From the IMG/VR virus record IMGVR_UViG_3300034069_000986, positions 1 through 39,348 of that record: a stretch of 39,348 bases of DNA. One strand, 5' to 3'. The stretch is from a virus. The notes beneath the pieces were generated by a model. The model was not told the DNA's origin. It saw only the letters and a program-made list of their open reading frames with translations, and did no database searches. Numbering within the stretch: the stretch's first letter is position 1; each line of letters starts with the position of its first letter. Below, piece by piece: positions 14,320-23,690 of the stretch. The position numbers were made by a program, and so were the translations under genes.

Positions 14320-17208
14320 CTATTGAAGCTTCTCGACGTTCAAGTATCCCGAGACGCGCGCGTTGGCGCCGTTGCTCGCGAAAGCCTGGGTGACCACGTA
14401 AACCGTGGCCTGCCCCGTGGTCACGCGCACGATGATTTCCTTGTCCGGTGAATAAAAATTGTTTGCCGTCACGGACCAGCGCCAGCTTGTTGGACCGGCC
14501 GTGAGCTGCACGAGGTTCGTGAGAGTGGACAGTGCCGCGGGTGCCGTAGCCGTGTTCGTTCCATTGGCGGCGTAGAGGCCGTAGATCATGTCGGTGAAGG
14601 TTGGCGCCGATCCGTTGTCGACGAACTGCGCGGAGACTTTGATTTTCCACGTACCGACCGGAAGCGTGAGCTGGTTTCCGGTCAGCGGGAGGAAGAATCC
14701 GTTGGCGCCAACGACGCTCGAGGTCGTCGAGCGGATGTCCACCTGGCCGTAGACGCCAAACGCCGAGTAGTCCGGCCGCTTGTTCGCGCCGAGCACCATC
14801 GCGATTCGCGAGTTTCCTGGGGTCGTCGCCCCGATGAGCGCGTTGTAGTAGATGGTCGTCGGCTGCGTGAACTTGACGGTGACCGGCATGCACGGGTCGA
14901 AACAATCCGTGCTGCCCGGAAGCGAGTGCTGCGCGTAGGGGTTCGACGTCGGATCGATCCCGAACACGGTGACGCCAGGCAGGCTGGAAAGTGCGGCCGG
15001 CGGCGTGCCGGTGCCCGTGCCGTTGGCTCCGAACCATCCGTGGCGAACGGCGTTGTACGCCGGCGACGTGCCATTGTTGGTGAAGAAAGTCGAGCCAAAC
15101 AAATCGTATGTACCTGGCTGAACCGTCATGGCGTTGCCGCTCAAGACCGACCACACGGCGTTCGTGGTGCTCGGGGCCTGGCTCGGTACGATCACCGACG
15201 TCGGCGTGTTCTTGAGCGCGATCTCGCTCGTGGAGTACGTCGGCCCAGCGTCGAACCCCAAGATGGGGACCTGCGCTTGGAAGTTCACCAAGAACAGATT
15301 GGCGAGGTTGAAGATGTCGGGGCCATGCAAGCCACGGTTGGTGTTCGTGTTGTTGCCGGTCCAACGAATTCCGAGGCGGTAACGAGTCGCATCCCACGGA
15401 ACGACCGACACCAGCGCCTGCGACTGGTTGTCGTTCATGTCGCCGGCGAAGATCGCTCCTTTGCAATCCCAGTTGGCCGCGGTGCCGCCGACCGTTTGAT
15501 TGAATTGCACGCGCGCAGGATCGAACTGCCACTGCTGCCCGTTCGGCGCGGGCAAGTTGTAGAGGTAAGACGCGCCGACGCCCGTGTTACCACCGTTCGA
15601 ACCGCCCGCGTTCCACTGCGCCTCGACGCGCATGAATCCCATGTCGCCTTGCCGCGCGGTGAACACGCGGTTGTAGACGTTCGCGCCCATCGAAAGCGTG
15701 CCCGCGGTCACCGTGGGTCGAAGCGTGTCGGAGAGAACCGTGCGCGTGGTGAAGCTGCCCGGCACCTGACCGGCCGCGCTCGAGATTTCGAAATCTACGA
15801 AATCGAGGTCGTAGGCGTTCGTGTTGACGTTCTGGTTCGTGATGATGAACCGGTAGTTGTACCCGCCGAGGTTCGGCTGGAATCCGAACTGGAAGCCGGT
15901 CGTGACGAGCGAGACTGGGAGCACCTGCTGGTAGAGGCCGTCGAGCGGCACGACGAGTTGGTTGTCGACGTCGTAGAGCTGGATCTTTCCGTCTTCCACG
16001 CTGCTGAGCGCAGTGAAGTTCGCGCTCGAGCGGAACTTGAACGCCACCTTCATCGGTCGACCGATGTCGACATCCGCGCGGTCCATCGTGAACGGAATCG
16101 ACCAGCCCATGCCGATGTAGTTCGCGGCGGGCTTCGAGAGCCGAATGTTCGAAGGGTTGCGAAGCGGCAGCGTGGTGTTGATCGACTGCGTGATGCCAGA
16201 CGGCGTGCCGCCGACGCCAGAACAGATGCCGGCGCTGAAAGAGGCCACCTGGTGTGTGCCCGCGCCCTGGCTGGTCAGGTCGATCAGCCGCTTTGCCTGC
16301 GCGTTGTCGATGCTGGTGGCGAGGCCAAAGATGTTGGCTTGCCCCGCGATCCGCACGACGTAGTAGACGCTCCCGCTCGTGAGCCCGCCGATGGCCGTCG
16401 TGCCCGCGGTGTAGGTCACCGCCTGGCCGGTGGCGTAGGGGCAATTTGTGTAGTTGATCGTGTCGCCGAACTGGTCGACCAGGTTCGAAGCGAAGGAGTA
16501 CTGCACGTACTGGCCGAACTGCTGAATGCCGGTGATCGACGTGCCGTCGTAGTAGTCCGCCAGGTAGTTCTTGCCGGACGCGCCGCCGCCCGAGCCCGCG
16601 AGACGCTTTACCGCGCCCGTCGAGTCGATGGTGTATGCCTTGCCGTCCGTCTTCAGGTAGATCCGCTGGTAGCCGGAGGCCGGCGCCGCGGGATCGTTCG
16701 CCTGCGGCACGAGCTGGAGGTACGGGGGATTTGCGCCCACCGCGCCGAAGGTGCCGACGTACTGATAGAACGAGATCTTCGGCGGCATGTTCCCCGGCAC
16801 CGTGCCGTAGAAAGTGACCGTGCCCGCGTCCGTGTCGACGAGCCAGTCGCCCTGGCCGAAGGGGATCGTGGCGCCGGTCGAATCCTTTAGCGTGTAGTTG
16901 TAGGAGCCGTCGCCGAAGTTGAACGGGATGCACGACTTGAGGTTGTCCGAGTAGAACGAGTTCGAGACCCCGGGCACCGCGGTCAGCACCAGGTCGACCC
17001 AGCGTTTGACGACGCCGGTCACCACCTGATCGGCACCGCCAGGAGCGGTCGTTGGGATGAGGTCGGACTGCGCGACCACCTGGCTCAGGAAGACGGCGCC
17101 GCGGCCGTCGCGCGGCTCCTCGAAGAACTGCCTGGCGTCGTTCGTGGACCCTTTGCCCTGGAGCTTCTTGAACAGCGCGTTCGCGATGCTTTGTACGGTG
17201 AGACTCAT
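14320..17208 (-). CDS. Tail fibre / receptor-binding protein 2 (962 aa) with duplicated C-terminal domain
   Basis: G/T/S/N-rich beta-type composition typical of fibres. The ATG overlaps the upstream TAA (TAATG). C-terminal residues 689-841 and 842-962 are recognisably homologous. Confidence 0.8.
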   Translation of the reverse strand: MSLTVQSIANALFKKLQGKGSTNDARQFFEEPRDGRGAVFLSQVVAQSDLIPTTAPGGADQVVTGVVKRWVDLVLTAVPGVSNSFYSDNLKSCIPFNFGDGSYNYTLKDSTGATIPFGQGDWLVDTDAGTVTFYGTVPGNMPPKISFYQYVGTFGAVGANPPYLQLVPQANDPAAPASGYQRIYLKTDGKAYTIDSTGAVKRLAGSGGGASGKNYLADYYDGTSITGIQQFGQYVQYSFASNLVDQFGDTINYTNCPYATGQAVTYTAGTTAIGGLTSGSVYYVVRIAGQANIFGLATSIDNAQAKRLIDLTSQGAGTHQVASFSAGICSGVGGTPSGITQSINTTLPLRNPSNIRLSKPAANYIGMGWSIPFTMDRADVDIGRPMKVAFKFRSSANFTALSSVEDGKIQLYDVDNQLVVPLDGLYQQVLPVSLVTTGFQFGFQPNLGGYNYRFIITNQNVNTNAYDLDFVDFEISSAAGQVPGSFTTRTVLSDTLRPTVTAGTLSMGANVYNRVFTARQGDMGFMRVEAQWNAGGSNGGNTGVGASYLYNLPAPNGQQWQFDPARVQFNQTVGGTAANWDCKGAIFAGDMNDNQSQALVSVVPWDATRYRLGIRWTGNNTNTNRGLHGPDIFNLANLFLVNFQAQVPILGFDAGPTYSTSEIALKNTPTSVIVPSQAPSTTNAVWSVLSGNAMTVQPGTYDLFGSTFFTNNGTSPAYNAVRHGWFGANGTGTGTPPAALSSLPGVTVFGIDPTSNPYAQHSLPGSTDCFDPCMPVTVKFTQPTTIYYNALIGATTPGNSRIAMVLGANKRPDYSAFGVYGQVDIRSTTSSVVGANGFFLPLTGNQLTLPVGTWKIKVSAQFVDNGSAPTFTDMIYGLYAANGTNTATAPAALSTLTNLVQLTAGPTSWRWSVTANNFYSPDKEIIVRVTTGQATVYVVTQAFASNGANARVSGYLNVEKLQ

Positions 17209-19205
17209 TACGCGATTCCTCCAAAGGTCATGGTCGATCCCTGCGGGATGCCGATGCGGACGTAAACGGTTCCGGTCTTGGGCGCGGTCCCGAAGGTCAC
17301 GCGCTTCGTGGTGGCGGTCGAGCTTCCTACGTCGAGAGCCGCGTCACCGTTCGCCGTGGGGCTGCCGACCCCAGGGTAGGCCGCGTTGGCGTCGACCCAG
17401 CCGGTGGTGCCGCTCGCGCCGTCGACGCGCACCTGGAGCGCGATCCCGCTCACGATGGCCGACGTGCCGAACCCGAAGGCGTTCGAGATCATGAAGATGA
17501 TCGCCGAGATGTTCGTCTGCGCACCGAGGTTAAACAGCGCCCAGCGCATGCTCGAGTAAGTCCCGCCGGTGATCGTGGAATAGTTCGGGCCCGCGGGGAG
17601 CCGACCCGAGTAGTCCACGGCCGGCGGGAACCTGAAGACGCCGTTGAGGTACTGAAGTTCTTCGGACGACAGGATCGAAGCGACGCTCGAGAAAGTCGAT
17701 CCGTAGCCCGAGCTCGGGTACTGGCCGACCCCGCAGCGTTGCCGCGCGGACTCGTCGCCGACCGTGTCGACGCGCACGTTGTTCGAGATCGTGGCAGCCG
17801 CCGAAGCTGTGCCCTTCTGGTTGTACCCGAGGATCGTGGCGACCACGTTTTCGGTGTACTTGCCGGAAAGAACAGCCAGCGCCACCGAGCCGACGACGTT
17901 GGAATTTGCCGCGGGAGACACCGATGGCTGGTAATCAACTGCGTTGGCGACGGTGGCACTGACATTTGCGATGCGAGTTGGGTTGTAGTGCTGAGCGACC
18001 GCGCTCGCGATGGTGAAGGCCACGCCGATGGACTCACCTGGCGCTGCCCCGGGGACGCCAGAGCGGTACGTCGTGGCACCGGTGAACGTCATGGAGTTGC
18101 CGGCCGCGGTGGGGGTCGCGGGCTGGTCCACGTAAAAGCCGGTCAGGACCGAATCGCCTGTAACAGAATGTTTCAATTGCGCGGAATGGAGCCCCACCGC
18201 GAGCGCCGCGGCCTGAATCTTCGCGGTGATCGCCTTGAAGATGCCTTCTTTGCCGAAGCCCGCCCCGAGGTACGGGTCAAATTCGGCCACCACGGTCAGG
18301 CTGCCGTTCGAGAGTCCAGAATCATCACCCGCCGTAAGATTCACCACGCCCGCGGGCGCCCCGTCGAGGAAGGCCGACAGCGTGCCCGAATCGGGGTCCG
18401 TGAAGCCGTTCGCGATGTTCGAGGTCAGCCCCGGCGTGATGACCGGGGCCGCGGTGTCGATGACCGTGTGGTTGGCGCCCGTGCCGGCTTCTTTCGCGGC
18501 GTAGGCCCCGGGGACCGTCAGCGCGCGGCCCGCCAGGCCCGCCGGAGGGGTCGGCGTGAGCTTGGACAGGAGCGACGCCACCTTGTCGAAGGCGTCCTCG
18601 TAGATGTCACCCACGGCCACGCCAGCGGGGTTCCCGCCGGATCCGCCGTAGGTGCCATCGGTGGGCGCCTTGAGCTTGCCGGAAGCCGCGCCCGCGGCCA
18701 GCGCCGCGATCTCGGCCGCGGTGGCCCAGCGGACCCCCGTCGCCGTGCGCAGCAGCAGCATGCCGTCCGCGCCGAGCCCGAGCACCGGGTCGACCTTGCC
18801 GATTTCGGCCGAGGAGATCATGAAGGACCGCTTCACGCGCGCCGCGAGCTCCTGGGTGATCAGGGTCAGTCGGTCGAGCGCGCGCTCGTGCGTCTTCGCC
18901 GGGAAAATGCCGGTGTCCTGGTAGCTCGCGGTCTGCGTGATCGGGGTCTGCCGGTAGACGTGGAGGAAAATGCCCGTGGGGAGCGCGTTCACCAGCACCA
19001 CGTTGACCGGATCGAGGCCGACCGCGGCCGGCAGCGTGTAGTCGGTCGAAAGCGTCAGCTTCGTGCGCGCGCCGGTCAGCTTGTCGATCTTCGCGACCGC
19101 GACGACGCTCGGGCCGTCGTTGGCGAGGAACTGGAAAGGGATGGCGAAGGTGGTTTGCCCCGGCCCGTCGTAGAGTGCTTCAACGATCTGATTTGCTACC
19201 GACAC
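17208..19205 (-). CDS. Tail fibre protein 1 with T7 gp17-like N-terminal tail-attachment domain
   Basis: The N-terminus (YDGPGQTTFAIPFQFL...LTLSTDYTL...VYRQTPITQ...ALDRLTLITQELAARV) matches the phage T7 tail-fibre N-terminal pattern. GTG start directly after the upstream TAG. Confidence 0.85.
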   Translation of the reverse strand: MSVANQIVEALYDGPGQTTFAIPFQFLANDGPSVVAVAKIDKLTGARTKLTLSTDYTLPAAVGLDPVNVVLVNALPTGIFLHVYRQTPITQTASYQDTGIFPAKTHERALDRLTLITQELAARVKRSFMISSAEIGKVDPVLGLGADGMLLLRTATGVRWATAAEIAALAAGAASGKLKAPTDGTYGGSGGNPAGVAVGDIYEDAFDKVASLLSKLTPTPPAGLAGRALTVPGAYAAKEAGTGANHTVIDTAAPVITPGLTSNIANGFTDPDSGTLSAFLDGAPAGVVNLTAGDDSGLSNGSLTVVAEFDPYLGAGFGKEGIFKAITAKIQAAALAVGLHSAQLKHSVTGDSVLTGFYVDQPATPTAAGNSMTFTGATTYRSGVPGAAPGESIGVAFTIASAVAQHYNPTRIANVSATVANAVDYQPSVSPAANSNVVGSVALAVLSGKYTENVVATILGYNQKGTASAAATISNNVRVDTVGDESARQRCGVGQYPSSGYGSTFSSVASILSSEELQYLNGVFRFPPAVDYSGRLPAGPNYSTITGGTYSSMRWALFNLGAQTNISAIIFMISNAFGFGTSAIVSGIALQVRVDGASGTTGWVDANAAYPGVGSPTANGDAALDVGSSTATTKRVTFGTAPKTGTVYVRIGIPQGSTMTFGGIA

Positions 19206-21926
19206 CTAGTCCCCCGTCCCGCCGCGCGCGTATTCGCGGCGCATCTTCGCCTTCATTTCCTTGATCTCTTTTCGCTGCATGGCGCCCGGGTCGATGTACT
19301 CGCCGATGGCGTTGAACTGAGCGTAGTCCAAAAACTGTTTGATGCCCGGGAATTGTTGGTACGGAATGTTCTGCCGCACGAGCGCCAGGGCTTGCTTCTT
19401 CGTCGACTTCGAGATCATCGGCGGCGAGACGCCAGGAAGTGGGTGCGCGTAGTTGACCAAGTCGTCGCGCGCGCCGGCCACGACCTTCGCGAGCGGCCCC
19501 GCGACCTGCCCAATCGTAGGTCCAAGAAACGTCTCGGCTTGCCCGAAATACTTGTTCCCGCCGGCGAGATAGTCGACGAGCATTCCGCCCGCGCCGCCGA
19601 ACGCGATGGCCTGGAGGTAGGTGCTCGGATCGCGGTAATCGGGCAGCCCTTTCCCCTGGTAAAGATCCTTAAGCGTGAGCCCCACCATTCCGGCCGCGGC
19701 GCTGCCGACCATGAATTTGCCGACCGACGCATAGTTCTTGCCGGCTGCGGCCAGGCTTCCGTCCTCGAGGCGGTTCGGAATCGAGTTGAGCGACTTTTTC
19801 ATCAAGTTGATGTCCTGCACGCTGTAAGTCTTGAACTGACCCACGAGCTGCGTGAACAGCCTGGTGACGTCGCCCTGCGCGCGGCCACCGGTGGCCCAGG
19901 CGCGCTCGCGGACACCAGCGGTGGTCGACGCATCGTCTTGGACCTGCTTGATTCCGCTCATCATGCGGTTGTTCATCTCCGAGAGATAGCCTTCCGGATT
20001 CTTCGCGATGGCGTCCGCGCGGGCCTTCATCGGCCGGTACGCCTCCTCCGCGCGCGAAGCCGCGGCCATCGCCGCTTCCTCGCCGTCCGTGCCCTGGGCC
20101 GCGAGAACTGCTTTCCGCGCGGCCTTCAGTGCGTCTTTGAACGGCTGCGCCTGCGCGCGCGACGTCGACTTGACCAGCTCCGGGTCGATCTTCGAGATCC
20201 CTTCGGGCGTCAGCATCTTCCTCGACGGCGTGAGCGTGTACGCCTTGGTCTGCTGAATTCCGTTCTTCAGAATCTCTGCGTCGTGGGTCGTGATGCCCAT
20301 TTGGCGGAACGTCGCCTGGAGCCGCGGGTCCTGGCGCTCGAGTCCTTCTTCGACCGCGTGGCCCATCTGCTTCATCATCATGTTCGTCGCCGCCACCTTG
20401 AAACCTTCGTTGGTGATGGTGTGGCCGAACATCGTGAACATGATCTTGTTGAATTTTTCCGAGCGGCCGAGCAGCGAATCGCCGAACCCCAGGCCGGGCA
20501 TCTGGCTGTGGAAGTCGCGGATGAAAAAGCCCGCGTCCTCCATCATGCGATCCTTCTGACCCGGCGGCAGCGTCTTCACCCACTCGACGACCGAGTCCGC
20601 GATGTTCTGGAGCCAGGGCTTTCCGTTCAGATCCGACATTCGAGTCGCGATGGTCGAGAAGTTTCCGAGCGACTTCGCTTGCGTGTAGAACAGCTTCGTT
20701 TGCGCGTTGAGCGCGAGCGCCGTGTTCTCGATCTTCGCCACCATGTTGACCCCGGGGATCGAGCCCTGGCCCGAGAGCAGGTGGTAGACGTCCATGATCC
20801 GGCGCTCGCCGATCCGCAGCTTCTCCGCACTCTCGTGATCGCCCGCGCGCTTGAAGCCGTTGATCGCGAGCTGGATCTCTTTGCGCAGGTTTCCTTCCGG
20901 ATTCGAGCCATAGGTGCCGATCAGCCCCAGCATGCGCGAGCGGCGCGTGACGTCCTTCGCCATCGTCTCCAGCAAATTATATTTCGCGTACTTCTCGTTG
21001 TAGAGAAAATCGCCCTTCGCCGAATCGAAGACGAGCTGCCGGCTGGCCGAAAGCTTGTTCGAGAAGTTGCTGCTCTTGAAGAGCTGATCGACGTCGCCCT
21101 TTTCGATGATCGAGTCCGCGCCGGTCTTGCCGCCCGTGACGGCCTTGTAGATGCCCTCGAGGATCTGATCTTCCTTCTCGACGTTGCCGTTGTGGTCGCC
21201 GAACGTCTTTGCGCCGTCGAGCCCCATCTGGCGCACGTCGTTCTTCCACTGCTCGAAGCCAGCTTCACGGATGACGCCAGGGTCGTGCGTGCGCGAGGCC
21301 GCGCGGCCCTCGAGCATGCGGGTGGGAACGCCGTTGTTGTGCTCTTCCTGGAGGAGCCGCTTGTTGTGGTCCGAGACGAGCTGCGCGATCTTCGCCCCCT
21401 GCTCGCTGACACTCTCGGGCATCGGCAAACCTTTTTCGAGCGCCCAGACGCCCTCGCGCACTTCGAGGTCGAGCTTGCCGCCGATCATGATCTTCAGCGC
21501 GCCCGCGTCGTTCAGCGTGGTGTAGAGCTTCGACATGAGCCGGGTGCCGATGCCCGAGACGCGGCCCTCGGCCGAGTACATGCCGCCTTCCGCGAGCGTC
21601 GTCGGTGTCGCCAGGCGGGTCAGAAACCCTTCGGTCGGATCGCCGGCGAACGCCTTTTGCCCGTAGAAAGCCATGTTCTGCTTCCTGAGCTGCAAATCGT
21701 TCTTGAGCTTCGCCTGGTCGATGGCGGCTTCGTTGCGCTTCCGCGACAGGTACTCGCGCACGCGCGACGGAAACGATTTCCCCTCGGGGCTCTGGTCGGC
21801 TGCGTTCTTGATCGCTTCGATGTCCTGGTGGAGGCGCTTCAGCACGTCGTCGCCGATCTCGCGGTCACCGAACAGCTTCTTCTTCACCTCGGGGTCGAGA
21901 ATTTTGAGCAGGCAGTCGTCAGCCAT
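19206..21926 (-). CDS. Internal virion / DNA-ejection protein (906 aa)
   Basis: Position equals T7 gp16 (between core proteins and fibre). Large helical protein with no enzymatic motif recognised. Confidence 0.65.
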   Translation of the reverse strand: MADDCLLKILDPEVKKKLFGDREIGDDVLKRLHQDIEAIKNAADQSPEGKSFPSRVREYLSRKRNEAAIDQAKLKNDLQLRKQNMAFYGQKAFAGDPTEGFLTRLATPTTLAEGGMYSAEGRVSGIGTRLMSKLYTTLNDAGALKIMIGGKLDLEVREGVWALEKGLPMPESVSEQGAKIAQLVSDHNKRLLQEEHNNGVPTRMLEGRAASRTHDPGVIREAGFEQWKNDVRQMGLDGAKTFGDHNGNVEKEDQILEGIYKAVTGGKTGADSIIEKGDVDQLFKSSNFSNKLSASRQLVFDSAKGDFLYNEKYAKYNLLETMAKDVTRRSRMLGLIGTYGSNPEGNLRKEIQLAINGFKRAGDHESAEKLRIGERRIMDVYHLLSGQGSIPGVNMVAKIENTALALNAQTKLFYTQAKSLGNFSTIATRMSDLNGKPWLQNIADSVVEWVKTLPPGQKDRMMEDAGFFIRDFHSQMPGLGFGDSLLGRSEKFNKIMFTMFGHTITNEGFKVAATNMMMKQMGHAVEEGLERQDPRLQATFRQMGITTHDAEILKNGIQQTKAYTLTPSRKMLTPEGISKIDPELVKSTSRAQAQPFKDALKAARKAVLAAQGTDGEEAAMAAASRAEEAYRPMKARADAIAKNPEGYLSEMNNRMMSGIKQVQDDASTTAGVRERAWATGGRAQGDVTRLFTQLVGQFKTYSVQDINLMKKSLNSIPNRLEDGSLAAAGKNYASVGKFMVGSAAAGMVGLTLKDLYQGKGLPDYRDPSTYLQAIAFGGAGGMLVDYLAGGNKYFGQAETFLGPTIGQVAGPLAKVVAGARDDLVNYAHPLPGVSPPMISKSTKKQALALVRQNIPYQQFPGIKQFLDYAQFNAIGEYIDPGAMQRKEIKEMKAKMRREYARGGTGD

Positions 21927-23687
21927 TTACATCCCCATACATTTGGCAATCGCCTTCAGCGCCGTTTGCTCGAGCTCGTGGCTGTCAGCCATCGTGCGAA
22001 GCATGTCCCATTCGGCTTTGGTTTCCGGATCGAGAAGACCCTGCTTGTCCAGGAGATCAGCCTCTTCCAGAGCAGAGCGCACTTCTGCATCGGTGTCTTT
22101 GAGCGGGTCGGGGCGAATGTCTTCAAAATTGTCAGGCGTCTCATCTCGAAGGCTTCCTCCCTCGCGAAGGTTCTCCTCTTGAACGCGTGCAACGGTCTCG
22201 TCCGATGGGGCTCCACGCACCTCTGGGTCCGTAGCGAAATGCCCGGCCGGCTTCGCAGCTTCGTCATCAAGGAGGGTGATGAGATTATGCGGCTGATGCT
22301 CCTGCCCAAGGACCTCGGCTCCGTCGTCGAGAAGCGAATTGTAGCCCTTCGCTTTGATTTGTTCCTGGAGCGCCTGGACCGTTTCGGGCGTCGCTTCGCC
22401 TTCGTCGACCTTGCGCCAGAGTTCATTGAACACGTCCTTCGGGGTGGATTCGGCCACGAACTTCTCGGGGTTCTCGACCACGCCCTCGAGCGCCGCGCGG
22501 AATTCGCCGTGGAGCTCGGGCGGACTGGATTCGTTGAGCGACAGCGGGCGCAGGTCTTTCGCGTCCATCTGGATCACCGATCCCTCCGAAGCCGCGTTGG
22601 CGACGCCAGGGTGATCGGTCATTTGACGGCCGATGCCAATTTCGTCGCCGATCTGGCGCGCGGAGGCCGGATCCGGCGATTCCGCGGGCATGAAGAACGG
22701 CTTTTGCGCCTGCGCTTCCGGAGTGAGCGGCTGGTACTCGTACTGAAATTTGCCGCCGAAGTCTTCGCCGCGGACGTCGGTCTGCTTCGCCACCGATTCG
22801 ACCAGCGGGCCGATGTCGGGGTTTCGCATCTGCTCGACGGCACCGACCCCGTGCGCGAGTACCGCACGGTCCATTTCGGGCGCTTTCTTCATGAGGTTGC
22901 GCCAGATCTTCATGGCCTGCGCGGATCCGCGGTCAAAGCCCGCGCTCGCGACGTTTCCGCCTTCTTTGATGCCGAGGTGGAGCGCGGTTCCGAAAAGCGT
23001 GTTGACCGCGGCTTCCTTGAGCTGTTCGCCAACGTGAAATTCTTGCCGGGTGTCGTCAGCCACGACGCCGGTCTCAACCGACTGCGCGGCACTCTGGAGC
23101 GCATTCCCGACGCCAGCTTCGACGACATGGCCCGCCACGCGGCCTGCCGTGGCTTCGCCGAGCCCGACGGCTACGCCGGCCTTCGTGAGCCCGCTCGCCG
23201 CCTGTCCGAGGCCGGTGGCTGCCGCGAGCCCGGGGCGCGCTAAAATGCGCCCAACGCCCCAACCCGAAGCCGCGCCAACCCCGAATTCCACCGGGTCCAT
23301 CGCGTGAGCAATGAGGCCCGCCCCGAACATCCGTGTCCGAGTCCATAGATCGTCGGGGCCGTTTTCGACCTTGTGCTGGAGCGCCAGGCGTTCGTTGTTC
23401 TGATCAAAGTTTTGCTGAGCCACGTAGGCGTTGACGGGCTTCGTGTAGGGCACGGGCACGGGGAGCTGCGCGTTCGCCTCGTCGGGGCTGAGCTGCTTTC
23501 CGCCGAGCGATTCGAGGTCGCGGTTGGCCCAGTACGCCGTGCCCTTGCCGACGACGGTGTCCATCGCGGCCAGATCTTTCGACGCTTGCACCGCTTCGTC
23601 AGCCGACGTCGGCGCGTCCTGGTTCATGTACGAATCGAAGTTCCAGCCGCCAGAGTCTTGCTTCCAGGGCAACGCCACGCGGTCCAT
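21927..23687 (-). CDS. Internal virion / ejection protein (586 aa) with Gly/Ala-rich hydrophobic segments
   Basis: GGAGG RBS. Segments such as FGAGLIAHAMDPVEFGVGAASGWGVGRILARPGLAAATGLG suggest membrane insertion. Assigned by synteny. Confidence 0.6.
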   Translation of the reverse strand: MDRVALPWKQDSGGWNFDSYMNQDAPTSADEAVQASKDLAAMDTVVGKGTAYWANRDLESLGGKQLSPDEANAQLPVPVPYTKPVNAYVAQQNFDQNNERLALQHKVENGPDDLWTRTRMFGAGLIAHAMDPVEFGVGAASGWGVGRILARPGLAAATGLGQAASGLTKAGVAVGLGEATAGRVAGHVVEAGVGNALQSAAQSVETGVVADDTRQEFHVGEQLKEAAVNTLFGTALHLGIKEGGNVASAGFDRGSAQAMKIWRNLMKKAPEMDRAVLAHGVGAVEQMRNPDIGPLVESVAKQTDVRGEDFGGKFQYEYQPLTPEAQAQKPFFMPAESPDPASARQIGDEIGIGRQMTDHPGVANAASEGSVIQMDAKDLRPLSLNESSPPELHGEFRAALEGVVENPEKFVAESTPKDVFNELWRKVDEGEATPETVQALQEQIKAKGYNSLLDDGAEVLGQEHQPHNLITLLDDEAAKPAGHFATDPEVRGAPSDETVARVQEENLREGGSLRDETPDNFEDIRPDPLKDTDAEVRSALEEADLLDKQGLLDPETKAEWDMLRTMADSHELEQTALKAIAKCMGM

Positions 23688-23690
23688 CGT

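Noticed and set aside
14309-17224. Same-strand alternative-frame ORFs 15587-17224 (545 aa) and 14066-15532 (488 aa) overlapping the 962-aa fibre gene.
   Set aside because: These are off-frame readings of the fibre gene (Arg/His/Pro/Gly-rich). Only the last 80 codons of the 488-aa ORF (14066-14308) lie outside the fibre gene and have their own RBS, so only that part is kept.
14320-19205. A diversity-generating retroelement acting on the fibre tips, expected because the head module looks BPP-1-like.
   Set aside because: No reverse-transcriptase-like ORF exists anywhere in the 39 kb. I found no noncoding template copy of either fibre 3' end. The internal similarity in the 962-aa fibre is an in-frame protein-domain duplication, not a TR/VR pair.
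17739-23243. A 1834-aa plus-strand ORF running antisense through three structural genes.
   Set aside because: Its codons are exactly anti-aligned with the three abutting minus-strand genes (17208-19205, 19206-21926, 21927-23687), which share one continuous frame. Antisense stops in that register would require sense TTA, CTA or TCA codons, which a GC-rich genome avoids. The product is Arg/Gly/Ala/Val/Asp-rich low-complexity with no RBS. This is a classic high-GC shadow ORF.
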